Assembly (NCBI GenBank): GCA_052327205.1
Contig: CM126220.1
Location: 52,018,001-52,082,000 of the forward strand
Direction of reading: 5' to 3'
Length of the DNA stretch: 64,000 bases
From: Somniosus microcephalus
Lineage: Eukaryota
Shown: positions 1 through 11,423 of the stretch, piece after piece
Layout: the number at the start of each line of letters is the position of its first letter
Position numbering within the stretch: position 1 is the first letter of the stretch
Program-made: the position numbers and the translations under genes
Notes under the pieces: generated by a model
Seen by the model: only the letters and a program-made list of their open reading frames with translations
Database searches by the model: none
What the model was told of the DNA's origin: nothing

Positions 1-1392
1 ACTAAATCTAGTTTTATGATAATTCCATAAGAATCTGTCAACAATTTGATTCAATTGCATCCATCTCTTATTTAATTTGCCTCAAATTAGAAAATTTCAG
101 TAGTGCAACTCGCAGATCTTTCCACTCCCTTGAGACACTCCCTTTCCCCCCCCCCCCCTGCTAATTTACTGAGTGCAACGAAGAAGAACAGGGCAGAATT
201 TCATTTATTGATTTGATGAAATATGAACTGCGTGGCAATACAGTCCTGTGACTTTTTCTCATGATAATAGAACCTCATGTTTACAGTCTGACATAAGCCA
301 ATTTAATCCAGCCTATGTTCAGACCATCTTGTGTATATCATTAAAAATTTATCAAGTGGTAGAAGTGGCTGTATACTCGGTCAACCCTTGATCCTTGCCA
401 TTTGAGACTGTTGACTGTGGTTACCTCATTCTCAATCAATGTTGTACAATCCAGGTTTTCTTTTGCTTCATCTTCGACTTGCTGTCATTTAAACCCATTT
501 TATAAAGCACTTCATAAATATCAACCATAGTAGTCCACAGTAAAGTTCTTATTCAGTCTGCAACTTGGGATAATCCAGTAATTGATTAGTTTCATCATGC
601 AAGCTGTGTCACACACTTTAGTAATACACAATAGATTTTATATTGTGCACTTTTATTAAAAAAAAAAAAAAAATGTTTGATAAATAATATTTTTTTACAA
701 TAATTTGATTCCTAAGAATTCACTGTTTCTATCTGTAGCCCATTTTAATCTCTTCAGATACCCTAAGATGCTGTTGTTGGTAACCATATTTAGTTCACCC
801 AGGCTGTTAATTAGTAAAGCTGAAGTGCTTGTTTTTAAAAAAAATTCATTTTTGTTGCCATGTTTCAAAGACAATGGACAGCACAAAAACTGGGTAGTAA
901 AATGAAAGGCCTGTGTACACATGGGACATTGGGGAAAAAGATACATTAGCAGAGGGATATGTAGCCAACAAGTACAATAGTGTTCTCAGCAACCAGGCAG
1001 GGTGCCCACTGCCCACAGTAAGCACATGCCATTCAGCAACTGCTGCCAGACCAAAGCAGGCAAAAATTATGCAGGTGGTTATCATCAGCAAAGCCTGTCG
1101 TACCACATATTGGGGGAAGCAGTGAAGTATTGGGTCAGTCTCACATCATTATCAAGAATAGAAGAATCCCGGCTCATATCTTGGAGGATTTGTCAGAGCA
1201 AAGTTGGACCCTAGTTCAGTTCATGGCCTTGGAGTCTAGTTGTTTAGTTGGAAGGTTAGCATAACCCCTTATCCTTTAGAAAAATCTCCCAACTTGATTA
1301 TACCACGACATGCAGGACTAGCCATTATGTGCTTCTTTTGTTTGTTTTAAAAAATTCATTGCTGGAACAACTGCACCCAGAAGAGTCACATT

Positions 1393-2951
1393 GGCCTGGA
1401 TTTTGTGGTCAGCGGCAAAGGAACGGCACTTGCCATTCGCTACGCTTACAGCTGCTCATGGGCTTTTGAGCGGCAACTTGCTGTCATCGGGCATCTGATT
1501 CAGCATGGCGCCCTCTGCAGGGGATCCGTGGCATGTGTGAGCAGGAAAGCAACAGCGTGGCTCTTCAACCAATCAGATTAAAGAATTCTCACTGAGACAC
1601 GCAGGGCTGGATTTTGTCAATGGAGGCGGGACTCCCACTTTTTGGGTTGTAGTCCCGCTTCCATCGACTTGTGGCCAACCCACGCTATTTTCCCTTGATT
1701 GACCTTGTTAAGCTCGCTCAGCAGGCCAATTAAGGGACACCTGCTTACTGGTGACTTCAGTGATTGACATTTCATCTGTCAAGAGCTTTTGACAGATGAA
1801 AAATCAGCGTTTGACAGCCCTGTGAAGCTGTCAAACACTGACAATCTGTCTTCTAACTTGAGTCCTTCTACTCAGACTCAGTTAGAGATCTCTCCAGACC
1901 AGAACGCAGAATGCTGCAGATTTTGACATTTCAGCGGCCATTCTGCTTTCTGTGCCGGTGAACCGAGGGACTCCCGAGAACTGAAGGAAGGAAGCCTGCA
2001 GGAGAAAGTAAAGGTAAGTAAAACTTATTAAAACACTTTACACTTACCTCACACACTTACCTCTGCACACATGCACCCATCACTCACCTGCACAATGGAC
2101 ATCTCGACCCCTCCAACCCCTTCAGACCGACGGCCCACCTCGCTAACTTGGCGTGGTTCGGAGCCATCGGGAAGCCCACACTTCAGGGCTAAAAATAGGG
2201 ATTAGGCAAAAAAACTGCCTGTTAACAGGCAGTTAATTGGCACTAATCCCCTTCCCGCCTCGGGGAGGCGGCTCCCAGCACATGTCGGATACCCGCCTCC
2301 TGGGACATTGTCACAGAGGCGGGTTAGGGGCGGGATGGGTTCCTGCCCCCCGATTCTGCAATTTTCCCACCTCCAAACCCGCCTCCACGGGGCTTGGAAA
2401 TTCGAGCCCGCAGAGTCTAAACCAGGAAGTATAAATTTGAATATTTAATTCATTGTAAAATCATGAACAGAAAGCAAAATAAAGTGAGAGAAAGAAAGAT
2501 GGGATTAAGAAAGAGATAAAAGAAACAAAGAAAAAAGAAAAAGAAAAATTATTTTAAAGTTAATTTAAAAAAAAACTTCAACAATATTTAAATTCTGAAG
2601 GAATGAGACTCCACACTTGTAAAATTAAATTTTCAGTGCCAGAGAGGTTGTTTGGCAGTAATTAAGACATTAAAAAGTCACTTGCACCTGAATGCACCAA
2701 CCCTAACTTTTTCTGGCACATTCAGTGGGTAAGTACAGCCACTTCACTCCTTTACATGGATTTCAGTGCTGAGTTTATTGGCGAGGTACTGATGGAACGC
2801 AGCTTGTGGAGGAGCAGGGTAACTCCAACAGCAACTTCCTGGTTTCCACGTTTAACTGTGCATGTGTAGACTACGGAAGTTGCTGTCTGATTTATTCCAT
2901 AATAATGATGAGCGCTGTTAACCTCACCGTTATTAATGCAAAATCTGGGCC
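1393..2951. mobile_element. Non-autonomous PIF/Harbinger-like DNA transposon (family H1), interrupted by a second MITE
   Basis: Imperfect TIRs GGCCTGGATTTTG / CAAAATCTGGGCC with ATT on both flanks (3-bp TSD). The internal purine-rich segment is shared with 28174 and 30733. Confidence 0.8.
1604..2409. mobile_element. PIF/Harbinger-like MITE (family H2), copy 1
   Basis: Ends GGGCTGGATTTT / AAATTCGAGCCC, GCA TSD; a colinear second copy lies at 38082-38834. Confidence 0.88.
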
Positions 2952-3350
2952 ATTATATTATCGGTACCCTATCTACCCTCTCTCCCCAATCCTAGATATT
3001 CCCAATTAATGCACTGCAATAACTCAAGTCTGTGATTCCATCAGCCATTCCATAAATATACACTTGTGCATGAAATTCTGTTACATTTCTACAGCCGTAT
3101 AATGTTTTTAATATTTGGTCAGTCATCTATGAAATATGCAAAAGCTTTTTAAAAATACACTTTTTTAAGTCTGCAGTTGTAATTTAATATCCTCTGCCAA
3201 AGTATTTTTTCTTGAAATTTTTAAATCTTTGAATACTGTTCTTTTTTATCATGTATAATTACAAAGCAAAACAAACCTCAAAAGAAATTATGTAAAGCAG
3301 TTTGGATAATACATTGTTGCAGAATACAAGTGGAATATAGTTATGGTGTA

Positions 3351-3661
3351 CAGGAAACTTTTTTTTATCTGGCACTAACGTGCCGGTTCATCAAAAATTC
3401 CGGATAACCGAAAGCTATAGTAAAAGATACGGAGCTGAGAGCTCCATATAAAGCAACAAACCCTGTTGCTTAGCAACAGGTTCAGAACAATGGCCACAAG
3501 TTCCAAGCGTCTCTGTAGCTTAGCAACAGCTGCAGCCACACCCTTGCACAGCAACAGATCGAGGAAGGCAAGTAATAAAACTTACCTGAACCTACTCCTG
3601 AATTTTGCCGGTTAACTGAGATTTCCGGTTATTTAGTTGCCTGTAAATTGAAAGTTTCCTG
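3351..3661 (+). mobile_element. pogo/Tigger-like (Tc1/mariner) MITE, family T1
   Basis: TA|CAGGAAACTTT...AAAGTTTCCTG|TA; homologous to 18740, 23168 and 35886. Orientation is arbitrary. Confidence 0.85.
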
Positions 3662-3719
3662 TATTTAGAGCTGTTGTTTCCCCTTATTATTAGCATTAAT
3701 AATGAGGGAATCCTCTGTT

Positions 3720-4452
3720 CCCTCAATGGCTTAGCTGTTGGTTAAACCAGTGAGATATTAACCCATACAAACCAGAAAGGTCCCAGGTTCAATCCTGGTC
3801 TGCTGAGTTGGCAGATCTCACCAAGAACAGTGGTAGGGGTGCTACATTTGGCCTTAGCATGCTGGATTAGGTAGGGGAAAGTTGACCATTGTTCATGTGC
3901 CTGATCGCTAACCAGAGCTCATACTGCACATGCATGTTTGTGGACTTTGGGTGAGAATAGAATCAGGCTTACCTGTGAATAGCCTGACTGAACTCACTGT
4001 TCAGATTCACACATGAAGAAGGGCCTTTTTGGCAATGTAAAGCAAGGTCACTGGTCACTTATAAAATTCTAACAGGACTAGACAGACTAGATGCAGGAAG
4101 GATGTTCCTGATGGTGGAGGAGTCCAGAACCAGGGGTCACAGTCTAAAGATAAGGGGTAAGCCATTTAGGACAGAGATGAGGAGGAATTTCTTCACCCAG
4201 AGAGTGGTGAACCTGTGGAATTCTCTACCACAGAAGGCAGTTGAGGCCAATTCATTAAATATATTCAAGAAGGAGTTAGATATATTTCTTAGGGCTAAAG
4301 GGATCAAGGGATATGGGGAGAAGGTAGGGACAGGGTACTGAGTTTGGATGATCAGCCATGATCTCATTGAATGGCGGAGCAGGCTCGAGGGGCCGCATGG
4401 CCTAATCCTGCTCCTATCTTCTATGTTTCTATGGTGCATATGAAACCGTATG
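3720..4452 (+). mobile_element. Old tRNA-derived SINE, apparently interrupted near its 3' end by a CR1 fragment
   Basis: A-box-like TGGCTTAGCTG and B-box GGTTCAATCC at about 3786, followed by a typical SINE body. Confidence 0.55.
4057..4433 (+). mobile_element. CR1 LINE 3' fragment
   Basis: ORF2 C-terminus TRGHSLK...FFTQRVVNLWNSLP and (TTCTATGT)n tail. Confidence 0.92.
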
Positions 4453-4465
4453 CTAGGAATGAAAA

Positions 4466-4556
4466 CTTGCATTTATATAGGGTTGTTCACATCCTCCGAA
4501 CATCCGAAAGGGCTTCACAGCCAAAGATTCACTTTTGAAGTGTAGTTAATGTTATT
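4466..4556 (-). mobile_element. L2-type / Deu-SINE 3' tail
   Basis: acttgcatttatatag...cttttgaagtgtagt is the reverse complement of the tail at 18380-18475. Confidence 0.7.
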
Positions 4557-6706
4557 GTCAGTGCCTTCAGGAGAGAAGGAGAGGGTATAAAATTGGTGGA
4601 AACAGGGTAAAAAAAGGGGCACTATCTCATAACATGCTTGCCAAACCTTGTCTTGCTTGTGTATGAACACATGGTATGATGTAAATTATGTTGAAAGACA
4701 TTTTATCATGATAAAAATAACAAGTGCCTCTTCTGACTCTGCAAACAAAAGAAAACAAACTTTTTCTTCATGAAGATAATTTAAAAATGGAATTGTAAAT
4801 TTTTTGGCTTTGCAGAAATGGACATTCAAATTGAGGGAGTATTCAACTGTCGATAAACCTGCCCACTTTGGACCGATAAGAATATGGGAGTTTCGGTATT
4901 AAAGTACTTGATGGTATTTCTGTCGGTTTGCATTTTGAAAGTTGCATTCAGTTGCCAGTCCTTTAACTGCCAGCACCAATTCTTAGATATCAGTCCTCAT
5001 CCGTAGAGTGGTAGGACAAAAATTGAACCAATCATTTACACATAGCTTGGCTGTACTCTTGGATGGATCATCAGATGCATTTGCAGGGGACAGGGCAGAG
5101 GAGGAATGAGGGAGAAACCGAGGCTGAATCGACCCAGGATGCCTTTGCGCATCTACTAATATTCCATCTGTGAATGTGTAGCAGGTGTTGCATCCCCAAA
5201 TAGTTCCTACAAATAGTGCCTATGGTGAGACTCACTGCAGCAAAGGTAAACATTGTAATTTTATGCAACAATAAAATCATACTTTAAAAATTTTTGTACC
5301 AGTATATTTACGAGATAGTGTTCAATTATTGACAGTCTGGTGATGAATTATGTGCCTAATATCTCTCTTTATTTAAATCTATAGTGGCCTGGTTGGGGTG
5401 GTCTCTGTCCCTGGCAAGTAGTTGGTATGCAGCTGTATTTGCTGGCAGTCTGTTGGTGATTGTGCATTTACTTTCCTTGGTGATTTGATGACTGGTCTCT
5501 GTGTTCCTCAGTGGAGTCGGAGGAGTAATCGTTTTAGGCAGGCATCCATATTCTCCACCAGCCATTCAGGAGACACATCCATGCTCCTGTATTATTTGGG
5601 GACACTTGAACACACCATCAGGATCAATCTTAAGCGTCATGAATATTTTAATTGTAAGGCCTCCAAAACAGAAACCAAAACACAAAGTGGCTTCCCTTTT
5701 ATTAAACTTTGGATTTTTAAAAATTATAATGATAGGAAAAGCCTATGCCTGCTTTTGAGATGACCAAGTAAATAACATTCTATAAAAAATCACAATAGCA
5801 AATACTCCTCAACCCAGTAAAACATCTTGATTTACAGAATAAAAGAGAGAGCATATTGTCTAACTTTGCAGAAAACAGATTTATTGCTAGAATTTGGTAA
5901 TAAGCAGTCTATTCTGGCTATTTAATGGTTCAGTTAACCTTGTGAGCTAATTGCTGTTGAACCATTGTTTGCTAAGCATTCAGTGGATGTAACTTGAATA
6001 AAATATTTTAATTCTTGCTAAGGTAACATATTTAATGCTATTTAAGTACATATGTTTGAGGTAATTTAAGTGTCTCATTTATACTTCGCAAATTCAGTTG
6101 ATTAAAATGGTTACCTTTCAAGTGCCACTATTACTGGAATACATTTACTTAATCTCCTGTAATAAAACATTCCATTGTTTACTTTGAATTTTTAACCAAT
6201 GTGTCATCATATATTAATAACTTTCTGCCTAAAAATATGTTGTTCGAGAATCAACTCTTTCGAGGGTGGGGTTTCCACTTGTGTGCACTCCAACCTGTGA
6301 TTTTCCCTCCACTCAGTTAATAGCTGGGAAAATTGTGGGCTTGTGAGCAAAGAAGCAGAGAACCCCAGCCATAATCTATAACTAACTTGCAGTCGTGCAG
6401 ATTATTATAAAAATTGTTCCATTTTAAATGAATATCTATCTGAGCAGCTTTACATAAAAGAGATTATGGCTTTTTGTGATGATTGATGATCAGAATGATC
6501 ACTGCTATTTATCTAGACCATAAAACTGGATAAATTTGTTTTTTGTTAAGGAGATTGCTATCTTCTATGGTTTAAATTGTGCTCAGTGACCACATTTGCA
6601 GCTTGTGAGTCATAAACATAGCTGCTGATATTATTTCCAATTAGTATCTTCAGTAGGTGGCCAGTATTTGGAATAAACAAGCAGATAATTGAACTGGTTC
6701 TTTCAG

Positions 6707-6864
6707 ATACACATCAGGAGACGTGAGAGTGTGGGACATAAGCACCTGGGACAGCAGTGCCTTGTATCTGGAAACGTCACGCAGCTCTGCAGAACTTGGA
6801 CCACAGCCACACGTCTCTTTTGTGAGGATAAATAGCACCATAGCAGTGGCGGCTTATGAGGGCG
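6707..6864 (+). CDS. FBXW8: FBXW8 internal coding exon A (158 nt, WD40 region; probably equivalent to human exon 5)
   Basis: tttcag acceptor and gtgagt donor. Translates (G)YTSGDVRVWDISTWDSSALYLETSRSSAELGPQPHVSFVRINSTIAVAAYEG(G), matching recalled human FBXW8 GYTSGDVRVWDTRTWD...QPNVSFVRINSSLAVAAYEDG. Confidence 0.93.
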
Positions 6865-7351
6865 GTGAGTACCAAAAACACCACCACAGGGCTGTTCAAC
6901 AATTAACAGCAGCAGCTGCTGCAGACATTTACTGTGAGGTTTAGAAAGGAACACTTCTGGCCAATAATCTAAATGCATTAGTGGGCAGCACAAACACATT
7001 ACCATTAAAGTTGCTATAATGTCGTCCTAAAAGTGTAATGCCAGTATTTCAGTTCCAGTATATTGTAATGGGGGAAAGGAGCATTTTGTCTACTAGTCGA
7101 GGACGTGAATCGAGTTCATGATGCCTTTCAAAAATCAGCAAATCGGTGTACCTAAAAAGACAAATTTGAACAGCAAATGCCACTGGGAAATAGACAGAAA
7201 CGCATTGTTTAGTGACGCGGTACGGTTTTTAATGTTTGACCATTATATTACAATGTTTAATGTAATCGACCGATTAAATTGAGGGAGCAAATAGATTTTT
7301 GCCTAATGTACTTGGGTTTCTTATTTAATACAATTGATACCATATCAGTAA

Positions 7352-9340
7352 AGAAAGAAATAACTTGCATTTGTATAGAGCCTTTCACATCCAAAGCATC
7401 ACCCAAAGCACTACAGAACCATTGAATTACTTTTGAAGTATAGTCACTGTTATTTTACATAGTATTACATAGTATTTATAGCACAGAAACTGACCATTGG
7501 GCCCAATGGGTCCATGCTGGTGTGTATGCTCCACACGAGCCTCCTCCCAACCTTCTTCATCTAACCCCATCCATATATCCTTCTATTCCTTTCTCCCTCA
7601 TGTTTATCTAGCTTCCCCTTAAATGCATCTATACTGGTTGCCTCAACTACTCCTTGTGGTAGCGAGTTCCACATTCTGACCACTCTCCGTGTAAAGAAGA
7701 TTCTCCTGAATTCACTTTTGGATTTATTAGTGACTATCTTATATTTTATGGCCCCTAGTTCTGGTCACCCCTGCAAATTGAAACATCTTCTCTACATCTA
7801 CCTTATCAAATCCTTTCATAATCTAAATGACCTCTATCAGGTCACTCCTCAGCCATCTCTTTTCTACAGAATAGAGCCCCAGCCTGCTCAATCTTTCCTG
7901 TTATGTATAACCTCTCAGTTCTGGTATCATTCCAGTAAATCTTTATTGCACCTTCCCCAGTGCCCCAAAATCCTTTTTATAATATGGAGACCAGAACTGT
8001 TCACAGTACTCAAGGTGTGGTCTAACCAAGGTTCTATACAAGTTTAACATAACTTTTCTGCTTTTCAATTTAATCCCTCTAGAAATGAACCCCAGTGCTT
8101 TGTTTGCTTTTTTTAATGGCCTTTTTAACTTGCATTGCTACTTTTAGTGATTTGTGCATCTGTACTCCCAGATCCCTCTGCTCCTCCACCCCATTTAAAC
8201 ACTTATTTTCCGAGGAGTATGTAGCCTCCTTATTCTTCCTACCAAAATGTACCACCTCACACTTAACTATATTGTAGTTCATTTGCCAATTACATGCCCA
8301 TTTTGCAAATGTCTTCCTGTATTTTGCCATAGTCCTCCTCTGTATTAACTACACTCCCTCCCCCACCCCCAATTTGGTGTCATCCGCAAATTTTGAAATT
8401 GTACTTCCGATTCCCAAGTTCAAATCGTTTATGTAAATGGTGAACCACAATGGTCCCAGCACCAATCCTCGTGGAACTGAGTAGCTACCTTTAACACCTA
8501 CTCTGTTTTCTGTTTAGTAGCCAGCTTGCTATCCATTGTTACTTGTCCCCTGACTCCACATGTTCTGACCTTAGTCACGAGTCTACTATGCCGTGTCTTA
8601 TCGAAGGCGTTTTGAAACTCCCATTATATTACGTCTACCCCATTACCCATATCTCCCCTTTCTGTTACTTCTTCAAAGAATTTAATAAGGAAGCTCAAGC
8701 ATGACCTTCCCTTTTGAAATCCGCGCTGACTACTCTTTATTATATTTTCAGTTTCTATATGTTTTTCTATTATATCTTTGAGTGAGAATTCCATTTTCTT
8801 TCCTACCACTGACGTTAAGCTAATTGGTCTATAGTTCCCTGGACTTGTTCTATCTCCCTTTTTAAATATAGGAATCACATTATTTGGCCGCCAGACCTCT
8901 GGCAATATTCCCTTTTCTAATGAATTTTTATATATATGTAATAGTGCCTCTGCTATCGCTTCCCTAACTTTTTTTTTTAAATGTGTGCGGAGCCAATTTA
9001 TGCACAGAAAGTGCCCACAGACAGCAATGAGATATCTGACCAGTTTATCCGTTTTGGTGACTTTGACTGAGGGATGAATACTGGCCAGAGCATTGGAAGA
9101 ATTCCCTGCTTTTGTTCAAGAAAAGTACCATGAGATCTTTTAAATCCACCTGTACAGGAATGCATGGCCTTGGTTTGACATCTTATCTGGAAACGCTACC
9201 TCCGCCAATGCAGCACTCGCTCAGTACTGCGCGGAAGTGTCAGCGTAGATTATGGGCTCGAGTCGTGGGGTGCAGTTTGAATCCACAACTATTTGACTCA
9301 GAAGTGAGAGCGCTGCCAAGCTGGCACTTTAAGCTGAGCA
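7352..9340 (-). mobile_element. Deu-domain SINE (SacSINE1-like) split by a CR1 insertion
   Basis: L2-type tail at 7352-7453; body, Deu domain and tRNA head at about 8980-9340. Homologous to 18212-18475 and 23895-24080. Confidence 0.75.
7455..8970 (-). mobile_element. CR1 LINE, 5'-truncated and degenerate (RT to 3' end)
   Basis: Minus-strand ORFs PIFKKGDRTSPGNYRPISLTSVVGK and WQMNYNIVKCEVVHFGRKN; tail repeat ttacatagta. Confidence 0.92.
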
Positions 9341-9368
9341 TGTACTGAATATGTTGCATACTTTATAA

Positions 9369-9760
9369 AAAAAAAATTCTCAAGATGTGGGTGATGTTAG
9401 CCAGGTTTCATTTATTGCCCATCTTTATTTGCCCATAGAAGATGGTGGTGGGTTGCCGCCTTGAACTGCTGCAGTCTTTGTGGTGAAGACGCTCCCACAG
9501 TGGTGTTATGTAGGAACTTCCAGGTTATTAGCACAGTGACAATGAAGCAATATTTTATATATGTATATGTCCAGGTCAGGATGGTGTGCGACTTTGAGGG
9601 GACCTTGGAGGTGATGGTGTTCGCTTGCATAACATAGCTGCTTTTGTCTTTCTTGGTGGCAGAGGTCAAAGGGGAGGGAGGTGCTGCCAAAATAACCTTG
9701 GTGAGTTGCCACAGCACATCCGGTAGATCATATATGCTACAGCCATAGTGCACCACTGTA
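9369..9760 (-). mobile_element. LINE 3' fragment (CR1/L2 superclade) with an HHHLL C-terminus
   Basis: ORF end SKSHTILTW...LQQFKAATHHHLL; the 3' tail is shared with the SINE at 63530. Confidence 0.7.
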
Positions 9761-10092
9761 CTGTAATATTTCACATCCGCTGCAGTTACAAAAAATGAAT
9801 CTAATGTCATCATGATTGAGAAAAGAGTCTGTTTTGGGGAAGTGGGAGTAAGAATCTTAAAATATCAGTGCAATGGAGCAGGCATGTACCTAGCAGTATA
9901 AAAGCCGGTCTCTGCATTTAAAATTTATTGCACGTTGCTGTCCAACGACAAGTGAAAGAATGAGGTGGGGGAGTTATCTGATATTTTAAACACACCAAGG
10001 AAAAAACATACATTAACAGTATGTATATTTTATTATAATTTGTTTTCAGTTCCATTGCTTTGGTACATTAACACCCACATGCTATACATATA

Positions 10093-10321
10093 GGGCCAGA
10101 TTTTGCTGGAGCGGGGCATATCACTTGTTCGTGCACATTTACGTTTTAAAGTATTTTGCCAACAAAATTGCTGGAAGTGACTATTAATGCACAAATTGTC
10201 CAGCAACGTGACGATTCACAATTCACGGGGCTTCTCTTCCTCGCTACAAGCTGACCGATATTTGCATTAATAATGGTGCATGTCGTTCAGACGTGATTAT
10301 TTTTTCAGTAAAATCTGGCCC
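10093..10321. mobile_element. Short internally deleted Harbinger-like MITE (H1-related)
   Basis: TIR GGGCCAGATTTT / AAAATCTGGCCC; the left end matches 28174 and the right end matches 31600-31863. Confidence 0.8.
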
Positions 10322-10738
10322 ATTGGTATGCAATATGCTGAAATTGTTCATTTTTGAAGTGGAATTTTGCCCTGGTGCATAAGTACTTTTACTATTTTGT
10401 AATGTTTTCTGTATTTCACACCTGAGCACTGAAAGTTGGGTGGCTCTCGGGGGCCTGTCACAGTAAATGAATAAAATACAGAACCTATTTTCTGTCCTAA
10501 TAGAGCAGAAGCAATGTCATTTTTTGTTTTTGAAAAAGCAATTTGCTGCAGTTTGGAATACCTGGCCCTCGACAGTAGATGTGAGTCAATAACATTTTTA
10601 AAACTTAGTTGCTGTTACCAGAGACATTCCCAGGATTTTGGAAAGAGATCTCTGACCACCGAAATGTTTCTGACGAGCAAATATTCATAGAGCTAATGGA
10701 TACTGGGTAAATTTATTTATACTGTACAGCGACCCAAT

Positions 10739-11423
10739 GGCCCGTATTTTCCGATCGGAGGCTTCCTGCGTGCGGAGGCCTTCGATCTGGAAAAAATCTA
10801 CGCCTTTACCTGAGGGCTCCAGAGGTCTGGCCATTTCTGCTCTACGAAATGCGCAGGGCCCAGGTATCCCAGGGGCGCATGCAGTTCGCAAGCATCCCTG
10901 GGATCTCGTGGGCCATGGGAAACCAATGAAAGAAGGGAATCCCCCTTCATACTTTTGACAGCTTAGACCTGTCAAAAGTATAAATGGGGATCACTGAAAA
11001 AACACGTCAAAACATTAAATAATTTTTTAAAAATCAGGTTTTTAAAATTAGTTAAAATTACATTAAATTAAATATTTTAAACATTTAATTTTTTGAAAAA
11101 TTTTTTTTTTTACAGGGCTAAAAATAAGCTTACCTTTTTTTAAAAGTATTTTTAAATTAAAAATGAGTGGAATTTTTTTTTAAAAACTTTAAAAAACTTA
11201 TGCTGGTAAAAGCAGGCCTTACGCTTGCTTTTACAGACGTAAGATTTTTAAGGGATTTCAGCAGGCGGAGGTTCTGCAGAAAGTGGAACTCTCCACCTGC
11301 AGAGGCCCTTCCCCAGGGCAGGCATGCGATTTGTCAAGGGGATGCCTGAAAGCGGCACCTGTGAGGTCCCTACGAGTGTGTACACAGCTCGTACACACCC
11401 GTAGGGATCGGAAAATACGGGCC
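10739..11423. mobile_element. Harbinger-like MITE (family H3)
   Basis: Perfect 18-bp TIR GGCCCGTATTTTCCGATC / GATCGGAAAATACGGGCC, GC-rich arms and AT-rich core; flanks AAT/GAT. Confidence 0.85.

Noticed and set aside
4816-4913. Possible exon after a strong tttggctttgcag acceptor
   Set aside because: The translation does not resemble the expected preceding FBXW8 exon (..LCDVHS.DG..IAG) and the donors are weak.
10650-10690. GAAA...CTGACGA as a sense-strand hammerhead
   Set aside because: There is no room or complementarity for stems I-III.
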